Positions 8,963 through 20,222 of a stretch of 64,000 nucleotides of DNA are shown one piece after another; within the stretch, counting starts at the first letter, position 1, and every line of letters starts with the position of its first letter. Under the pieces are notes generated by a model, which was not told where the DNA came from, did not search any database, and saw only the letters and a list, made by a program, of their open reading frames with translations. The stretch comes from a virus (lineage: Duplodnaviria > Caudoviricetes). Where the stretch lies: positions 32,001 through 96,000 of the IMG/VR virus record IMGVR_UViG_3300033069_001185. The stretch is one strand, 5' to 3'. The position numbers were made by a program, and so were the translations under genes.

Positions 8963-11485
8963 ATGAGTGAACGAGAAAACAAAGCCGGGTCTAATGGCGT
9001 AATCACTACGCAGGCCGTACTGAATCGATCGACGGTTACGTTTATCAATCAGCCGACGGGTACAGCTAGGTTTCCAGAAAAAGACGTTTCGCTTTTCGAA
9101 AAGGCCGAAATCCAAGGCAATCGCTGGAATAAAAAGTACCCATACCAGCTTGTAGTTGTCAAGAAGCTTGAGAAAAACGCTGGTTATGCGCGGACTTCTA
9201 CTCAGTTTACACTACCGATTCCGCCACAGCAACTCGATATTGATATGCCGTTTGCGATTACCACCTCAGCCACCTTGGGTGGTGTCGTGGAAGAGCACAA
9301 CGGTGCGCCTTTCCGTATGATCTCCATGTCGGGAACTACGGGGGTTCTACCGCTTAAAGGCTCTGCCGGTGTTGCGCAAAGCCTTAACCCGATCCAATCG
9401 GTGTTCGCCGGTACTAGTCAGGCGATTGGGCGCGTAGCAAGTTCTGTATCAAAAATTGTCAATTCAACAGAACCGAATGTGGTTCCGGATTCTGAGTTTG
9501 AAGTAATCAACTCCGATATCAATACCACGTCTGGGTACTATCAGTTCCACTTATTGCGAACGTTCCTTGAAAACTACGCAAATAAGAAAAAGACTATTGA
9601 AGGTAGAGACTTTCGGCTGGCTTTGTGTCTATGGAAAGACAACAGCGTTTACCTAGTAACGCCCATGAACTTCCGCCTGTCCAGAGGTGTTGCATCTCCG
9701 TTCGAATATCAATATTCACTACAATTCAAAGCGTTTGCAAGAATCAATCTTGAGACTACCGATTACGATCAGACCCACAGTCCAATCGGCAGAGACCCCG
9801 GAGCCTTGGCTGCGATTATCAATAAAATTGACGCAGCAAGACAAGTCCTCTCAGCTAGTAGCAATGTTCTGTCTGCTGTACGATCTGACAGTAACAATGC
9901 CCTCTTCGAACCGGTTCGTCAAGTTGTTCTAGGGCTGAAAGATATTGCCGGTATTGCTCAGAAGGTCATCGATCTACCAGCCAATATAGTAATAGATACA
10001 ATGAAATCAACTCTGGAGACTATCAATAGTACCAGCGGTATTTCTCTACAGACTCAGTGGCCGAATGCAACAATCGATGAGTTGAGACAAATGCTTGATC
10101 TTGCAGTCAACTCTTCAATTTCTGAAACCAAGTCTGGGCTTATGTCTGGAGACGAGGGACAACAGTTTTCAGATCGTACAGCTATTTCTAGATCACCCAA
10201 CCCAATCGTTTCCAGCTACAAAAATCCTAACAAGATTTATGGGCTTCTGTCAAGTATTGATATATCGCAATTGAAGCTGTCTCCGGCCATCCAACAGAAA
10301 ATCAATCAAGAAAAATTCAAAGCCAGAAACCAAACACGCAAAGACTTTGAAAACACCAGAGATTCTGTTCTCACGGTAATGACCGACTATGCAGAAGCTG
10401 TAGGTCTGGGTAACGAAACCTATAACAATACTTTCGGTATTACCACGAAACAATCAACTGTCAACAAAGTAGCAACCGACGAAGATATCGAGCTTTTGTT
10501 TCATCTAAACGAAATGGTTCTTGAACTTAACAAGCTTTGTGTCTCGAACAAGATGGATCCGGCACGTATTGATACTCTTCAATTCGTTGCAGGACTTGCT
10601 TCAGGATCCGGCATTGCATTTAATGTGCCAGCTTCCAAATATTCCGTTCCGTACCTTTATAACCATACGCTTGAGCAAATGGCGGACAAATATCTCGGTG
10701 ATCCAAACCGATGGATCGAAATCGCGACTCTAAACGGTCTGCAAGAGCCATATGTGGACGAAACAGGTTTTGATATTGACCTGTTGGTCAATGGATATAG
10801 CAATTCTATTGAAGTCGCAGACTCAAGCAATTTGTACATTGGCCAGCCGGTTTATATTTCGAGCTTGACGGAAAACAATGAGTCCCGTCGCATTACAGGC
10901 ATTGCCAAGATATCCGAAAGCCAATGGGTCATTACTCTGAGTGGTGATGGAGATCTAGACAGATTTAAGGTTGCAGATAAAAGCAAAATCCATGCCTACT
11001 TGCCCAACACCGTAAATAGCCAGATGTCTATTTACATTCCTTCTGACGAGCCCACGGAAGAGGACGACTGGAAAACAAAGCAGATCGAAGGCGTGGATTA
11101 CTTTGACAGCCTGATTCGTGTGGGTGGCATTTCGTTGCTTCTATCACCAACGAACGATATTGTTTTTGATAGTAATGGCTCAAAACTTGCAGTCGGGCTA
11201 ACGAATATTGTTCAAAAGGCTAAGATCGCCCTTTCTACTCCTCGTGGAGCTTTACTACACCATAAATCCTATGGCTTGCCCGTTCAGGTTGGTCAATCAA
11301 CGGCAGACGTTTCGGCTCAGGACATCCTACAGGCCGTACAGCAGATGTTTGAAGGAGATCGTACATTCAGTGGAGTTACTGGAATTACCGTACTAAAGAG
11401 TGGGCCGTCTACCCAGATTACTGCCAATATCGGTATTTCTGGAGTACAGAAGAATATACCAATATCTGTGAACATTCAAAGATAA
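8963..11485 (+). CDS. baseplate protein: tube-initiator-like N-terminus, LysM-like segment and gp25-like C-terminus
   Basis: TLEQMADKYLGDPNRWIEIATLNGL (LysM/gpX-like); C-terminal ALSTPRGALLHHKSYGL (gp25/gpW-like). Confidence 0.65.
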   Translation: MSERENKAGSNGVITTQAVLNRSTVTFINQPTGTARFPEKDVSLFEKAEIQGNRWNKKYPYQLVVVKKLEKNAGYARTSTQFTLPIPPQQLDIDMPFAITTSATLGGVVEEHNGAPFRMISMSGTTGVLPLKGSAGVAQSLNPIQSVFAGTSQAIGRVASSVSKIVNSTEPNVVPDSEFEVINSDINTTSGYYQFHLLRTFLENYANKKKTIEGRDFRLALCLWKDNSVYLVTPMNFRLSRGVASPFEYQYSLQFKAFARINLETTDYDQTHSPIGRDPGALAAIINKIDAARQVLSASSNVLSAVRSDSNNALFEPVRQVVLGLKDIAGIAQKVIDLPANIVIDTMKSTLETINSTSGISLQTQWPNATIDELRQMLDLAVNSSISETKSGLMSGDEGQQFSDRTAISRSPNPIVSSYKNPNKIYGLLSSIDISQLKLSPAIQQKINQEKFKARNQTRKDFENTRDSVLTVMTDYAEAVGLGNETYNNTFGITTKQSTVNKVATDEDIELLFHLNEMVLELNKLCVSNKMDPARIDTLQFVAGLASGSGIAFNVPASKYSVPYLYNHTLEQMADKYLGDPNRWIEIATLNGLQEPYVDETGFDIDLLVNGYSNSIEVADSSNLYIGQPVYISSLTENNESRRITGIAKISESQWVITLSGDGDLDRFKVADKSKIHAYLPNTVNSQMSIYIPSDEPTEEDDWKTKQIEGVDYFDSLIRVGGISLLLSPTNDIVFDSNGSKLAVGLTNIVQKAKIALSTPRGALLHHKSYGLPVQVGQSTADVSAQDILQAVQQMFEGDRTFSGVTGITVLKSGPSTQITANIGISGVQKNIPISVNIQR

Positions 11486-11538
11486 TCTTTAGTCTAGGTT
11501 GGTTTTGATATAATTCCGCCCCAAGGACCCATCGAATC

Positions 11539-14500
11539 ATGGCAAGTGTTCCTACACCCAAATCTTTCAATCAAATTCTAGGAGACGCGCTAGACGCGCT
11601 CACTAGTCGATTGGGCATTCCCAAATTGCCGCCCGGCGATCCTATTCTGTCTATTCTGGAAGCGACCAGCCAGTCAGACTTCAGAACCTCTCAGGACATT
11701 TTTCAACTGCTCAACTCAATCGTACTTGACCGTGCGACGGGATTGGCTTTGGACAGAATCGCTGCTGATGAAGATTTAGCTCGGTATTCAGAAAGCCCCG
11801 CGACCGGTACTGTAACCATCTCTGATACTTCTTTCGAAAAGAAACAGAGCACTATTTTCCAAGGACTTTCTGCTCCTGCTGTGGGCTCGACGACTATCAA
11901 TGTCGTATCTGCTCTCGGCTGGCCCGGCACTGGCAATATTTATATTGGCAGAGGTACTACCGAATATGAAGGTCCAATACCATATTCCAGCATTGTTGAC
12001 AATGGTACTTATTGGACTATCAATTTAACTACCAATACTACAAAATACCATAACCTAGGATCGGGCGTTGTTCTGGCTCAGGGCGGCAATCGACAGATCG
12101 CTTCCGGGACTGTGGTGCAAACTCCACAGGGCAATGCTGGTACGGCAGTTCAATTCACCGTTCAATATACCGCCGTTATTCCTGATGGCGAAACCGAAAT
12201 TACTTCTGTCCAAGTTGTAGCGAAGAAGCCGGGAGTAATCGGCAATGCTTCCGCAAACTCGGTGAATTCATTCACAAGTGCTCCCTTCACTGGTGCTGCC
12301 GTTAACAATACGACTCCATATACCAATGGACGAGCCACCGAAGAAGACAATACTTTTAGAGAAAGAATCCGTACCGCGAGACAGTCAAAGCAAAAGGGCA
12401 TAGCTCTTGCAATCAAGAGTGGTGTGATTGGTGCTGTTGCTACTGACGAGAACCGCAGAATTCTGTCTTCGTCTTTGGTGGCAAGAGAAGGTTATCCAAC
12501 GACCCTGTATATTGACGACGGCTCGGGCTACGAAGAGAAAACCCAAGGTACTCCTTTCGAAGTGATCGTTGACTCAGCTTTGGGTGGCGAACGCTATTTT
12601 GATTTGGCCGAAGGTCGTCCTGTAACAAAAGCCTTTGCCACCACTAGCCTATCAGCCCCTTTTATTTTACAGCCAAATGCACAATTAGCCGTCAAGGTCG
12701 GTGGTAAAACGTACATTCACAGCTTTACCTCGACATCATTCCGGTCTATTGATAGCGCAACGGCATACGAAGTGGCAGCGTCTATCAACTCCAACCCAGC
12801 GCTTGGGTTTAATGCTAGAACGATTGAAAACGGCAAAAGAGTATCGTTGTTTGCCGTAGCCGACACAGGCGAAGACATTGAAGTTGTTGCCCCAGTGCAA
12901 GGATCAATTGATGCCAATATATATCTTGGCTTTCCTACCGGTGCCAACAATACCCTAAGACTCTACAAAAACGACGTTCTATTATCAAAAGACGGCTCAA
13001 TTGCCAGTATCGCTTCTAACCCCCAATCAGCTTGGGGCTCAACCTCTGATGGAGAAACTCTGTCTATTGTGGTTGATGGGACTCCGGCCTTTACCGTTAC
13101 TATCAATGATTCAGATTTCGTCAACGCCGGAACTCCTTATAATACCGTTGTCTCTACGAACAGTACAGATAGCTGGGCCAAAGTATTGAATTACCTGATT
13201 CCCGGCGTAACCGCAACTGCGAACTCTGGAATTGTAACAATAACTTCGAACCTAGGGAAAACCTCAAGGGCTTCTGTAGAAATCCTCGCCGGTAGTTCTC
13301 TGGTTTCTAATGGGCTGTTTAATGTTTCGGTATCTCAAGGTTCTGATTCCGACTATACTCTGAACAGAAATCGCGGTCAAATCAGACTCGAAGAAGCGTT
13401 GTCTGTTGGAGATCGGCTCACGGCTGGTTCTTATGATACTCGGGCATTCATTGAAAGCGATTCGATTGGCACTATCAATCTAGGCTCAAATGCTAATTTG
13501 TGGTTTAGCGTTGACGGCAATGCCAGAATAATACCAACCGGACTATTGACGGGATCGGCTCTTGTCATTACCAGCTCTGTGACCGCTTATGGTAAGAGAG
13601 TTCGTGCAACCGCTTCCACGAGTGTTTTTGATAGTGTAAATGTATTGGACTGGATCATCATAGACGACCCAGCGCTTAGTGCGAATGCAGGTGCTTTCAA
13701 GATTGTTAGAAAATCCTCAACTTGGATTGAGTGGGAAAGAGAATCTGCGTTTGCGGGTACTGGTTCGTTTACGCTGTCTGCTGGCGGATTTACTGTTGCC
13801 AGAACGACCGATCAGATCCAAAAAGTAACAATACCTTCTGGCACTAACTATACTGCATTGACTCTTGTTGCTGCTATCAATAACTCAATTCTGGGTGCAA
13901 AAGCTTCTGTTTATAGGACTACTAAAATCCGGGTTCAGACCAACTCGTTCGCTAGTGGCAGTATTGCTCTTTTATCGGCAGATGCCGCAGGTAAGCAGCT
14001 ATTACTACCAATTGCTAGCGCTGTTGTCAATGTCGATTCTCATCTTGCCAGCGTTGTGGGTAATCCTCAGGCTGGTACTCCAAGCTTTGAGAACACTCTT
14101 AAGGCCAGTTCAACTACCGGCCCAGACAATTTTGATTCAGCAACCCTTGGTACTATCAATGAGGGACAACTCATTGTTGCCGACAAGCCAGTGAGCGACG
14201 GAATCGGTCGTGACTCCAATAGAACACACGTTAGCGCGATCGAAGATATTGCTACTAACACTATATCATTGCGGACGCCAGTTCTCAATAGCTGGCTCAC
14301 GGACGATGCGGTCTATCATGCCCGCCCGTTTGCTCTTAATCCTACTGATACTTTCGGTCTTATCATTGACTCGGAGCAAATCACCCATAGGTACAACCTG
14401 AATCTGTGGCGCAAAGTCAAGGCAACCACCAACGTCTATGGACTTACCAACGACTTCACAGATGCCGACAACGGCAATGCTTCTTTGGCTAGCGCTTTCG

Positions 14501-17061
14501 GTCTTGATTTTGATTTCACTGATTTCGCAGCTTACATGAAAGCCCGTGTCCGTACCCATGTTGTGGGCGGACTCAATACCGATAGAACTATTCTATATAA
14601 GTATGCAAGATTTGGACCAGAAGGTGAGCTTGCGCGACTACAGTATCGCTACCCATCACAACCTTCAAAGGCCGTAGCTCTTACCACCGAAACAACCAGT
14701 TCCGATAATGTAAATATTGTTATCAATCTTCCGTCAGGTGCAGCGCGTACCGGCCACACAATGAGACCTTCATCGAAAGTGGGTTTCAATACTCTTGCCG
14801 CACCTGTCGCAGGTCTTTATACCTATACCGTAACCCTCAGTCTAGATCTAACCCAGATCCAACGAACAGTCATTAACGTTGCAACCGCAACCGTAGCTCT
14901 CCCCGCTGGCATTACCGATCACGGCCTCAATATTGGTAATCGAATCTATCTTGTATCGACCGACGGCGCTTTCCCGTCTGGCTTGAAGTTGATTACGGCC
15001 AGACCGCCGGCCCCGGCCACCACCTTTGATTACGTCGACTCAGGCCCCATCGTAGGCGCAAGCCCTAATGCAGGTTCGGTATCGTTTGATAGTGTTGGCG
15101 AAGTCACGCTGAATGGTTCTACCGTGATTGTCGGAGACATTTTCGGCCAGCACAATCTGAACACAGGGACCGGTGGTGGTTCCAGAATCTCAGCCATTGC
15201 TGGCAACAATAGAAGCTTTAACATTACTTCAGACTTTGCTGCCGCTGTGAATACTACGATCAACTGGACACCGATTGGCAGTGCTGGGTTCTCTTACAGC
15301 TTTTTTCCGATCAATGCGGCTACTGCTACTGGCTTGGCTATTGCTAGCGCGGTCAATGCAATGAATGCATCAGTAACGGCAACAAACCTTGGTGCTGGCC
15401 TAAGCGTTATTGACTATGCAACTTACGAGCCAGCTCCTAATGGAGAAGGTGCGCTAACTCCTTGGTATACGCTCAGCGATGGTTTGAATTGGATCAAGTC
15501 CCAAACGAACCCTTTGCTTGTTGCAAATAACTACACCTTTGATTTTAAAAAGAGCATCACGGCTGGTCTAGGTACTGACTCTAATTGGTCTACCGAAGAC
15601 GTTCGCTTGGTGCCCACTACGGCCAAAAATATAGTCGATTTCCTGAATTCTACGGCAACTTCTGGGCTCCGTTCTGTAGCAATGGCGGAACTCACAGACA
15701 ACGGCCAAAGACCTCAAATCTCTTCACTGAAGATCGGGTCTTCTGGCTCTGTAGCAGTAAATGGTGGTTCTGGCAATAGCTACTTTGCTACAGCCAAAAC
15801 CAGCGCCGTAGCGACAAACTCCAACGCCCGCTGCATTGTGTCTTTTGATACATCAGACACCCAAGGTCTTTCGGCCAATCAATGGGTCGTTCTACAGAAC
15901 TCAACGGCTGTACCAAAAACCAGATTGTCTGCAACGACTACATTCAACTCTATTGATACTTCTGGAAACGTTGTTCTTTCCGTAACAAGAGCTTGGGACT
16001 GGGCCAATACCGCTGCGGCTTCTGTTACTGGGGACTGGGAAGTTATCAAGAACGGTAACTTTGTTCAGATGCGTGCCACTTCAGGAACACCCGCCGTTGG
16101 GGTAAAAGAAGGGGACTTCGCTATCATTAACATTACTTCCGGCTCTACGAGTAATGAATTTCTGTCTGGAGTTCGAATCGTTCGGGTTTCAGCGGATGGC
16201 AAAGTTTTCTGGATCGAAAGTCCCAACGCTACCGAAGAAATTGCTACTGCAACGATTCACTTCGTCACATATGACAGTGTTGTTCCGGGCGATGTACTAT
16301 CAATAAATAGCTCAATTCTAGGAGTTGGCAATGTAGGCCAATGGGTAGTTGAATCAATCGATCTGACCGACCGATTCAGATTCAAGTTGGCCACAGGTAC
16401 TGTTGCTCCAGTTGCGTTAGTCGTTCCTGTTACGCTCAATAGCGAAGCCGGACTGGTCCATGTGATTGAGAGAGCCCCTTCCAAACTGTTCAAGCAAATC
16501 CGAACTATTTTCCCAAATTCCGCTACGATGTCTACGGTCAAATTCACGACCAGTGAAGGTTATAGCAAAATTGGTCCGTTTGCCGGAACCATCCTCCAGT
16601 CTTTGGACAAACTAAACTTCAGCACCACACCTGCTTTCGGCTCAGACGCTTACACGCATAACACTGGTCTTATAGCAGAATGCAACGCCATTGTCTATGG
16701 CAAAGAATCAGATCCTTCTACTTACCCCGGTCTCGCTGCTGCTGGTGTGAATATCAATATCACAGGACCGCTGATCAAGAAAATTCAAGTCTCATTGGCA
16801 ATCAGAGCTTCTATCAATACTCAAAGCGTTATTGATAGAGTCAAGTCTGAGGTGGCTGCTGTTATCAATAATACGGCCATCGGTGCTCCAATTGCCATCA
16901 GCTCTTTGGTTCAAGCCGCCCAAAGCGTAAACGGAGTAACTGCCGTAACCGTACTCAGCCCTCTTTACGGTTCGGGCTCAGATCTAATTTCAGTTCAACC
17001 TTTCGAAAAACCTCTTGTCTTGGACGTTGATTCAGACGTTCTTGTCTCTCTTGTGGGATAA
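11539..17061 (+). CDS. baseplate wedge protein, J/gp6-like, greatly expanded
   Basis: ATGLALDRIA, PGVIGNA, GRATEEDNTFRERI at the N-terminus; C-terminal INNTAIGAPIAISSLVQAAQSVNGV; about 1400 aa of inserted beta domains. Confidence 0.85.
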   Translation: MASVPTPKSFNQILGDALDALTSRLGIPKLPPGDPILSILEATSQSDFRTSQDIFQLLNSIVLDRATGLALDRIAADEDLARYSESPATGTVTISDTSFEKKQSTIFQGLSAPAVGSTTINVVSALGWPGTGNIYIGRGTTEYEGPIPYSSIVDNGTYWTINLTTNTTKYHNLGSGVVLAQGGNRQIASGTVVQTPQGNAGTAVQFTVQYTAVIPDGETEITSVQVVAKKPGVIGNASANSVNSFTSAPFTGAAVNNTTPYTNGRATEEDNTFRERIRTARQSKQKGIALAIKSGVIGAVATDENRRILSSSLVAREGYPTTLYIDDGSGYEEKTQGTPFEVIVDSALGGERYFDLAEGRPVTKAFATTSLSAPFILQPNAQLAVKVGGKTYIHSFTSTSFRSIDSATAYEVAASINSNPALGFNARTIENGKRVSLFAVADTGEDIEVVAPVQGSIDANIYLGFPTGANNTLRLYKNDVLLSKDGSIASIASNPQSAWGSTSDGETLSIVVDGTPAFTVTINDSDFVNAGTPYNTVVSTNSTDSWAKVLNYLIPGVTATANSGIVTITSNLGKTSRASVEILAGSSLVSNGLFNVSVSQGSDSDYTLNRNRGQIRLEEALSVGDRLTAGSYDTRAFIESDSIGTINLGSNANLWFSVDGNARIIPTGLLTGSALVITSSVTAYGKRVRATASTSVFDSVNVLDWIIIDDPALSANAGAFKIVRKSSTWIEWERESAFAGTGSFTLSAGGFTVARTTDQIQKVTIPSGTNYTALTLVAAINNSILGAKASVYRTTKIRVQTNSFASGSIALLSADAAGKQLLLPIASAVVNVDSHLASVVGNPQAGTPSFENTLKASSTTGPDNFDSATLGTINEGQLIVADKPVSDGIGRDSNRTHVSAIEDIATNTISLRTPVLNSWLTDDAVYHARPFALNPTDTFGLIIDSEQITHRYNLNLWRKVKATTNVYGLTNDFTDADNGNASLASAFGLDFDFTDFAAYMKARVRTHVVGGLNTDRTILYKYARFGPEGELARLQYRYPSQPSKAVALTTETTSSDNVNIVINLPSGAARTGHTMRPSSKVGFNTLAAPVAGLYTYTVTLSLDLTQIQRTVINVATATVALPAGITDHGLNIGNRIYLVSTDGAFPSGLKLITARPPAPATTFDYVDSGPIVGASPNAGSVSFDSVGEVTLNGSTVIVGDIFGQHNLNTGTGGGSRISAIAGNNRSFNITSDFAAAVNTTINWTPIGSAGFSYSFFPINAATATGLAIASAVNAMNASVTATNLGAGLSVIDYATYEPAPNGEGALTPWYTLSDGLNWIKSQTNPLLVANNYTFDFKKSITAGLGTDSNWSTEDVRLVPTTAKNIVDFLNSTATSGLRSVAMAELTDNGQRPQISSLKIGSSGSVAVNGGSGNSYFATAKTSAVATNSNARCIVSFDTSDTQGLSANQWVVLQNSTAVPKTRLSATTTFNSIDTSGNVVLSVTRAWDWANTAAASVTGDWEVIKNGNFVQMRATSGTPAVGVKEGDFAIINITSGSTSNEFLSGVRIVRVSADGKVFWIESPNATEEIATATIHFVTYDSVVPGDVLSINSSILGVGNVGQWVVESIDLTDRFRFKLATGTVAPVALVVPVTLNSEAGLVHVIERAPSKLFKQIRTIFPNSATMSTVKFTTSEGYSKIGPFAGTILQSLDKLNFSTTPAFGSDAYTHNTGLIAECNAIVYGKESDPSTYPGLAAAGVNINITGPLIKKIQVSLAIRASINTQSVIDRVKSEVAAVINNTAIGAPIAISSLVQAAQSVNGVTAVTVLSPLYGSGSDLISVQPFEKPLVLDVDSDVLVSLVG

Positions 17062-17067
17062 AATCAA

Positions 17068-19503
17068 ATGCCTAATTTCGTTACCGACCTCACCACACTA
17101 CCAAACGGCAAGTCAGACCTGATTGTTAGTCCAGTTCCCGCTAACAATAAAGTAACTGCTACCGAGTGGAACACTACCATTCAGGCGGCTTACGATCTTC
17201 GTGGCCAATTACTTGAAGGTAACTATCACGGTCTTGTTGACACTATGACAGGAACGGCAGTTTCCGCTGCCGGTAAGTCTAGATTCAGACAGCGTGGGAA
17301 TTTCCTAGAAACGTCGATTGACGGCGCGCACTATCAAGTCATCAGCGAGAAAACTCCCGGTGTTATCAATGTTTGCTCGTTCGGAGCCGTCGGTGACGAC
17401 GCTACGGACAACGCTGCGGCTTTTGAAGCTGCATTTGCTTCGATTCCGAAAGACACGACCTATGGTAGAACGATTTACATTCCTCCGGGCAAGTATCGTT
17501 TTTCCAGATCTCTTAACATTACTCGCTGCGTAGTTCTATGCGGAGCTAGCGGTTGGGGCTGGTATTCTTCAAGTGTACTGAAATTCCCTGCCGGTGTCCA
17601 CGGCCTAATTATTCACGCTTACAATACGAATCCTGACGGCGAGCCCTTGCCGGGTGGTAACTGGGTAAGCGCTGGCTGGTCGATCTTGAGAGATTTCGGC
17701 GTAGAGTCCATGGGTTCAAACGCGACTACGGCCCATGGCGTGATTATGTATGCCCGTGCCAAGCTAGAAAACATGCATATTACTGGCTTCGAAAACGGTA
17801 ACGTTGTCAATATCGACACGACCTCCGGTGCCTTACCTGCATGGACACCATCTACTACCTATCGCGTAGGCGACTCTGTACATAACGCTACCGTCTGGGC
17901 TCCTTCTACAAGCTACGCTGCTGGCGATCGTGTATCAAACGCTGGGGAGTATTATTTCTGTGTCAGTCCCGGCACTTCAGCCGCTTCAGGCGGTCCTACT
18001 GGTCTTGGCGCGGGAATCGTAGACGGCGGCGTGACTTGGGATCGTTATAGTGGTTGGTATTACTGCAAAGGTGCAGGCACTTCAGCCGCTTCCGGTGGGC
18101 CGTCTGGCGTTAACTTCAGCATTGCCGATGGAGGTGTTACTTGGGGTTATATTGCCGGTACGAATGCGAACGGCTGGCAAATTTGGAACTGTCGAATCAC
18201 TGGTGGTATTAATTGCATCTATACTCGTGGCGGTGACGCCAATGCCGGAATGGCACTCGGTGTTGATACCGGCTACGCCACTAACCATTGTTTCTCTGAA
18301 AACTCGTTTCTGGGGAATGCATACATTGCCTGCCAAGCAGACTCAGGCGGTGGTATTCCTTACTACGCTATGAATGCCGCAGCGTCAAGCTCTTTTATCC
18401 ATTGCTATGCCGAAAACAATGTTAATCCATCAGAAATTCACCCCAACAGCACAGTTATTGGTGGCTGCACCGGCGCAGGGTTTCCCACTAGACCTTCTGG
18501 AGTAATCGGAAGACGAGCGGGTCCTATGGAATTCCAGTACCAGTACGGAACCGATAGGTTCACTACATTCGGTGAAGGGTCTTTCATGAGTATTTCTGGC
18601 TATGACAATGCCATTCGGTTTGTAGATTTCGGAACCACATATAGCGCTGGTGCCACCAGTCACATGTATACATGGAATTGGGCCGGTGCAGCCGGATTCA
18701 CGGGTTGGGGCTTCGCTGCTGACGATCGAGCGCATTATAAATATGGTTTTGAGGCTTCTAGATATGTCAATCCTACCCAGCTATGGACAGGTATCGGGTA
18801 CGGCTTACTAAACGAAGGCAAACGTATATCAAACTGCAATCCAACGGCTGGACAAACAAAACCGGCTCTGCAAGGCTTAGGGTTTGGTGGTCCAGTAACT
18901 GCTCAGTCCGGAGATATTGCTTTCAATAGACAGGCTGGTCGTGGTGATCCTCTTGGTTGGGTCTGTACCTCTTCCGGCACCGATTCTACATATGTTGGTG
19001 GACTAACGGCAACCACTAATGGTACAACCACCGTGACGCTTTCCGGTCCAAATCACATTACTCACGGCATTCAGGTTGGCGATCGTATTCAAATCGCAGG
19101 GACCTATACTCGCTTGGTTACCGACCGTGACGGTCCTAACTCAACTACCATTACGGTTGATTCTTCTGTTCCTGCTGGATCTGGTCAGGCCATTACGTAT
19201 GTCGCATCAACTTGGGCACGTATGCCGAGGATCGAAGGTGGGGCTATTGATAGTTCTGGAACTCCGGGGAATGTAACCCAAAATAGCTATTCAGGTCAAG
19301 TCGCATTTGCGATCGCTGGAACGACCGTAGTAGTCACCAACGCCTTTGCAGCAGTTGGTGACTACTGTTTGGCTACACTACAAACCGCCGACGGTACACT
19401 TACTTCCGTATCGGCTAACGTAACGGCCAGCACCATCACTTTAACAGGGAATGCACCTGCTACTGGCGTAACAAAGTGCTACTGGAAGCTTGAGAAGGCA
19501 TAA
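17068..19503 (+). CDS. tailspike / receptor-binding protein with pectate-lyase-like beta-helix and CBM-like inserts
   Basis: INVCSFGAVGDDATDNAAAFEAA...IYIPPGKY; WTPSTTYRVGD and WAPSTSYAAGD repeats. Confidence 0.8.
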   Translation: MPNFVTDLTTLPNGKSDLIVSPVPANNKVTATEWNTTIQAAYDLRGQLLEGNYHGLVDTMTGTAVSAAGKSRFRQRGNFLETSIDGAHYQVISEKTPGVINVCSFGAVGDDATDNAAAFEAAFASIPKDTTYGRTIYIPPGKYRFSRSLNITRCVVLCGASGWGWYSSSVLKFPAGVHGLIIHAYNTNPDGEPLPGGNWVSAGWSILRDFGVESMGSNATTAHGVIMYARAKLENMHITGFENGNVVNIDTTSGALPAWTPSTTYRVGDSVHNATVWAPSTSYAAGDRVSNAGEYYFCVSPGTSAASGGPTGLGAGIVDGGVTWDRYSGWYYCKGAGTSAASGGPSGVNFSIADGGVTWGYIAGTNANGWQIWNCRITGGINCIYTRGGDANAGMALGVDTGYATNHCFSENSFLGNAYIACQADSGGGIPYYAMNAAASSSFIHCYAENNVNPSEIHPNSTVIGGCTGAGFPTRPSGVIGRRAGPMEFQYQYGTDRFTTFGEGSFMSISGYDNAIRFVDFGTTYSAGATSHMYTWNWAGAAGFTGWGFAADDRAHYKYGFEASRYVNPTQLWTGIGYGLLNEGKRISNCNPTAGQTKPALQGLGFGGPVTAQSGDIAFNRQAGRGDPLGWVCTSSGTDSTYVGGLTATTNGTTTVTLSGPNHITHGIQVGDRIQIAGTYTRLVTDRDGPNSTTITVDSSVPAGSGQAITYVASTWARMPRIEGGAIDSSGTPGNVTQNSYSGQVAFAIAGTTVVVTNAFAAVGDYCLATLQTADGTLTSVSANVTASTITLTGNAPATGVTKCYWKLEKA

Positions 19504-20096
19504 TGATAATTTTTCAAGGCTTATTTCCACTAACTGACGATTCCGGCTCAGATCTGGTTGTCACTTCTGTGACTGCCAGTCCGGGCAATGTTGTTGTTGT
19601 GTTTAGTCACGCAATAACATTAACTGGCGCCTCTATCGTGTTTAGCAATTGGGTCATTAGCGGTGGAGTCTCTCCTCCTGCCGTTCTTAATGTTAGTCTG
19701 GTTGGCAATGTAGTAACAATAACTACGCCAGAAGATATTCTTGGGCAAACAAGAACGTTAACCGTACCTAACGGTATTGTTAAGTTTTCTGATGGTGCCC
19801 AAACCCTGCAAGCACCTTTCAGCTTCAATTTCCCAAGCTCGGGCGTCACTCCGATCGTAACTGGTATTGTTAACAGAGATGCCAAGACCATTGAGGTTAT
19901 TTTCAGCGAACCTGTGGTTGAATCAGAAGCCTTGAACATAGCTAACTACAGCATCTCGCCGTCTTTGGCCATAAGATCTGCCTCAAAAGTCCAAGACAAC
20001 CGTTACAGATTGGATTTGCTTCAGTTCCAAACGCCAGCAATAGAATACACGCTGACTGCGACTAATATTCACGATCTTGCTGGTAATGTTATTTAA
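19503..20096 (+). CDS. virion protein with two Ig-like (Big-type) domains
   Basis: IEVIFSEPV...ANYSI...YTLTATNIHDLAGN pattern. Confidence 0.7.
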   Translation: MIIFQGLFPLTDDSGSDLVVTSVTASPGNVVVVFSHAITLTGASIVFSNWVISGGVSPPAVLNVSLVGNVVTITTPEDILGQTRTLTVPNGIVKFSDGAQTLQAPFSFNFPSSGVTPIVTGIVNRDAKTIEVIFSEPVVESEALNIANYSISPSLAIRSASKVQDNRYRLDLLQFQTPAIEYTLTATNIHDLAGNVI

Positions 20097-20222
20097 AACC
20101 TGCTTTCCAGACGAGGCCAACCCAACAATCGCATCCGAAGTCCGAAGAAGTGCTTGCTGTCCGTACTTCCCGCTAGAACTTAGCCAGCGATAGTTATCGT
20201 CAAGCTTAGATCTTACGCCCAT
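20097..20222 (-). pseudogene. truncated third paralog of the pentapeptide/NxDD family
   Basis: MGVRSKLDDNYRWLSSSGKYGQQA resembles ARMDDHDLWLESKGTLGKRA of 20609-20962; the frame then runs into the convergent + strand gene. Confidence 0.45.
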
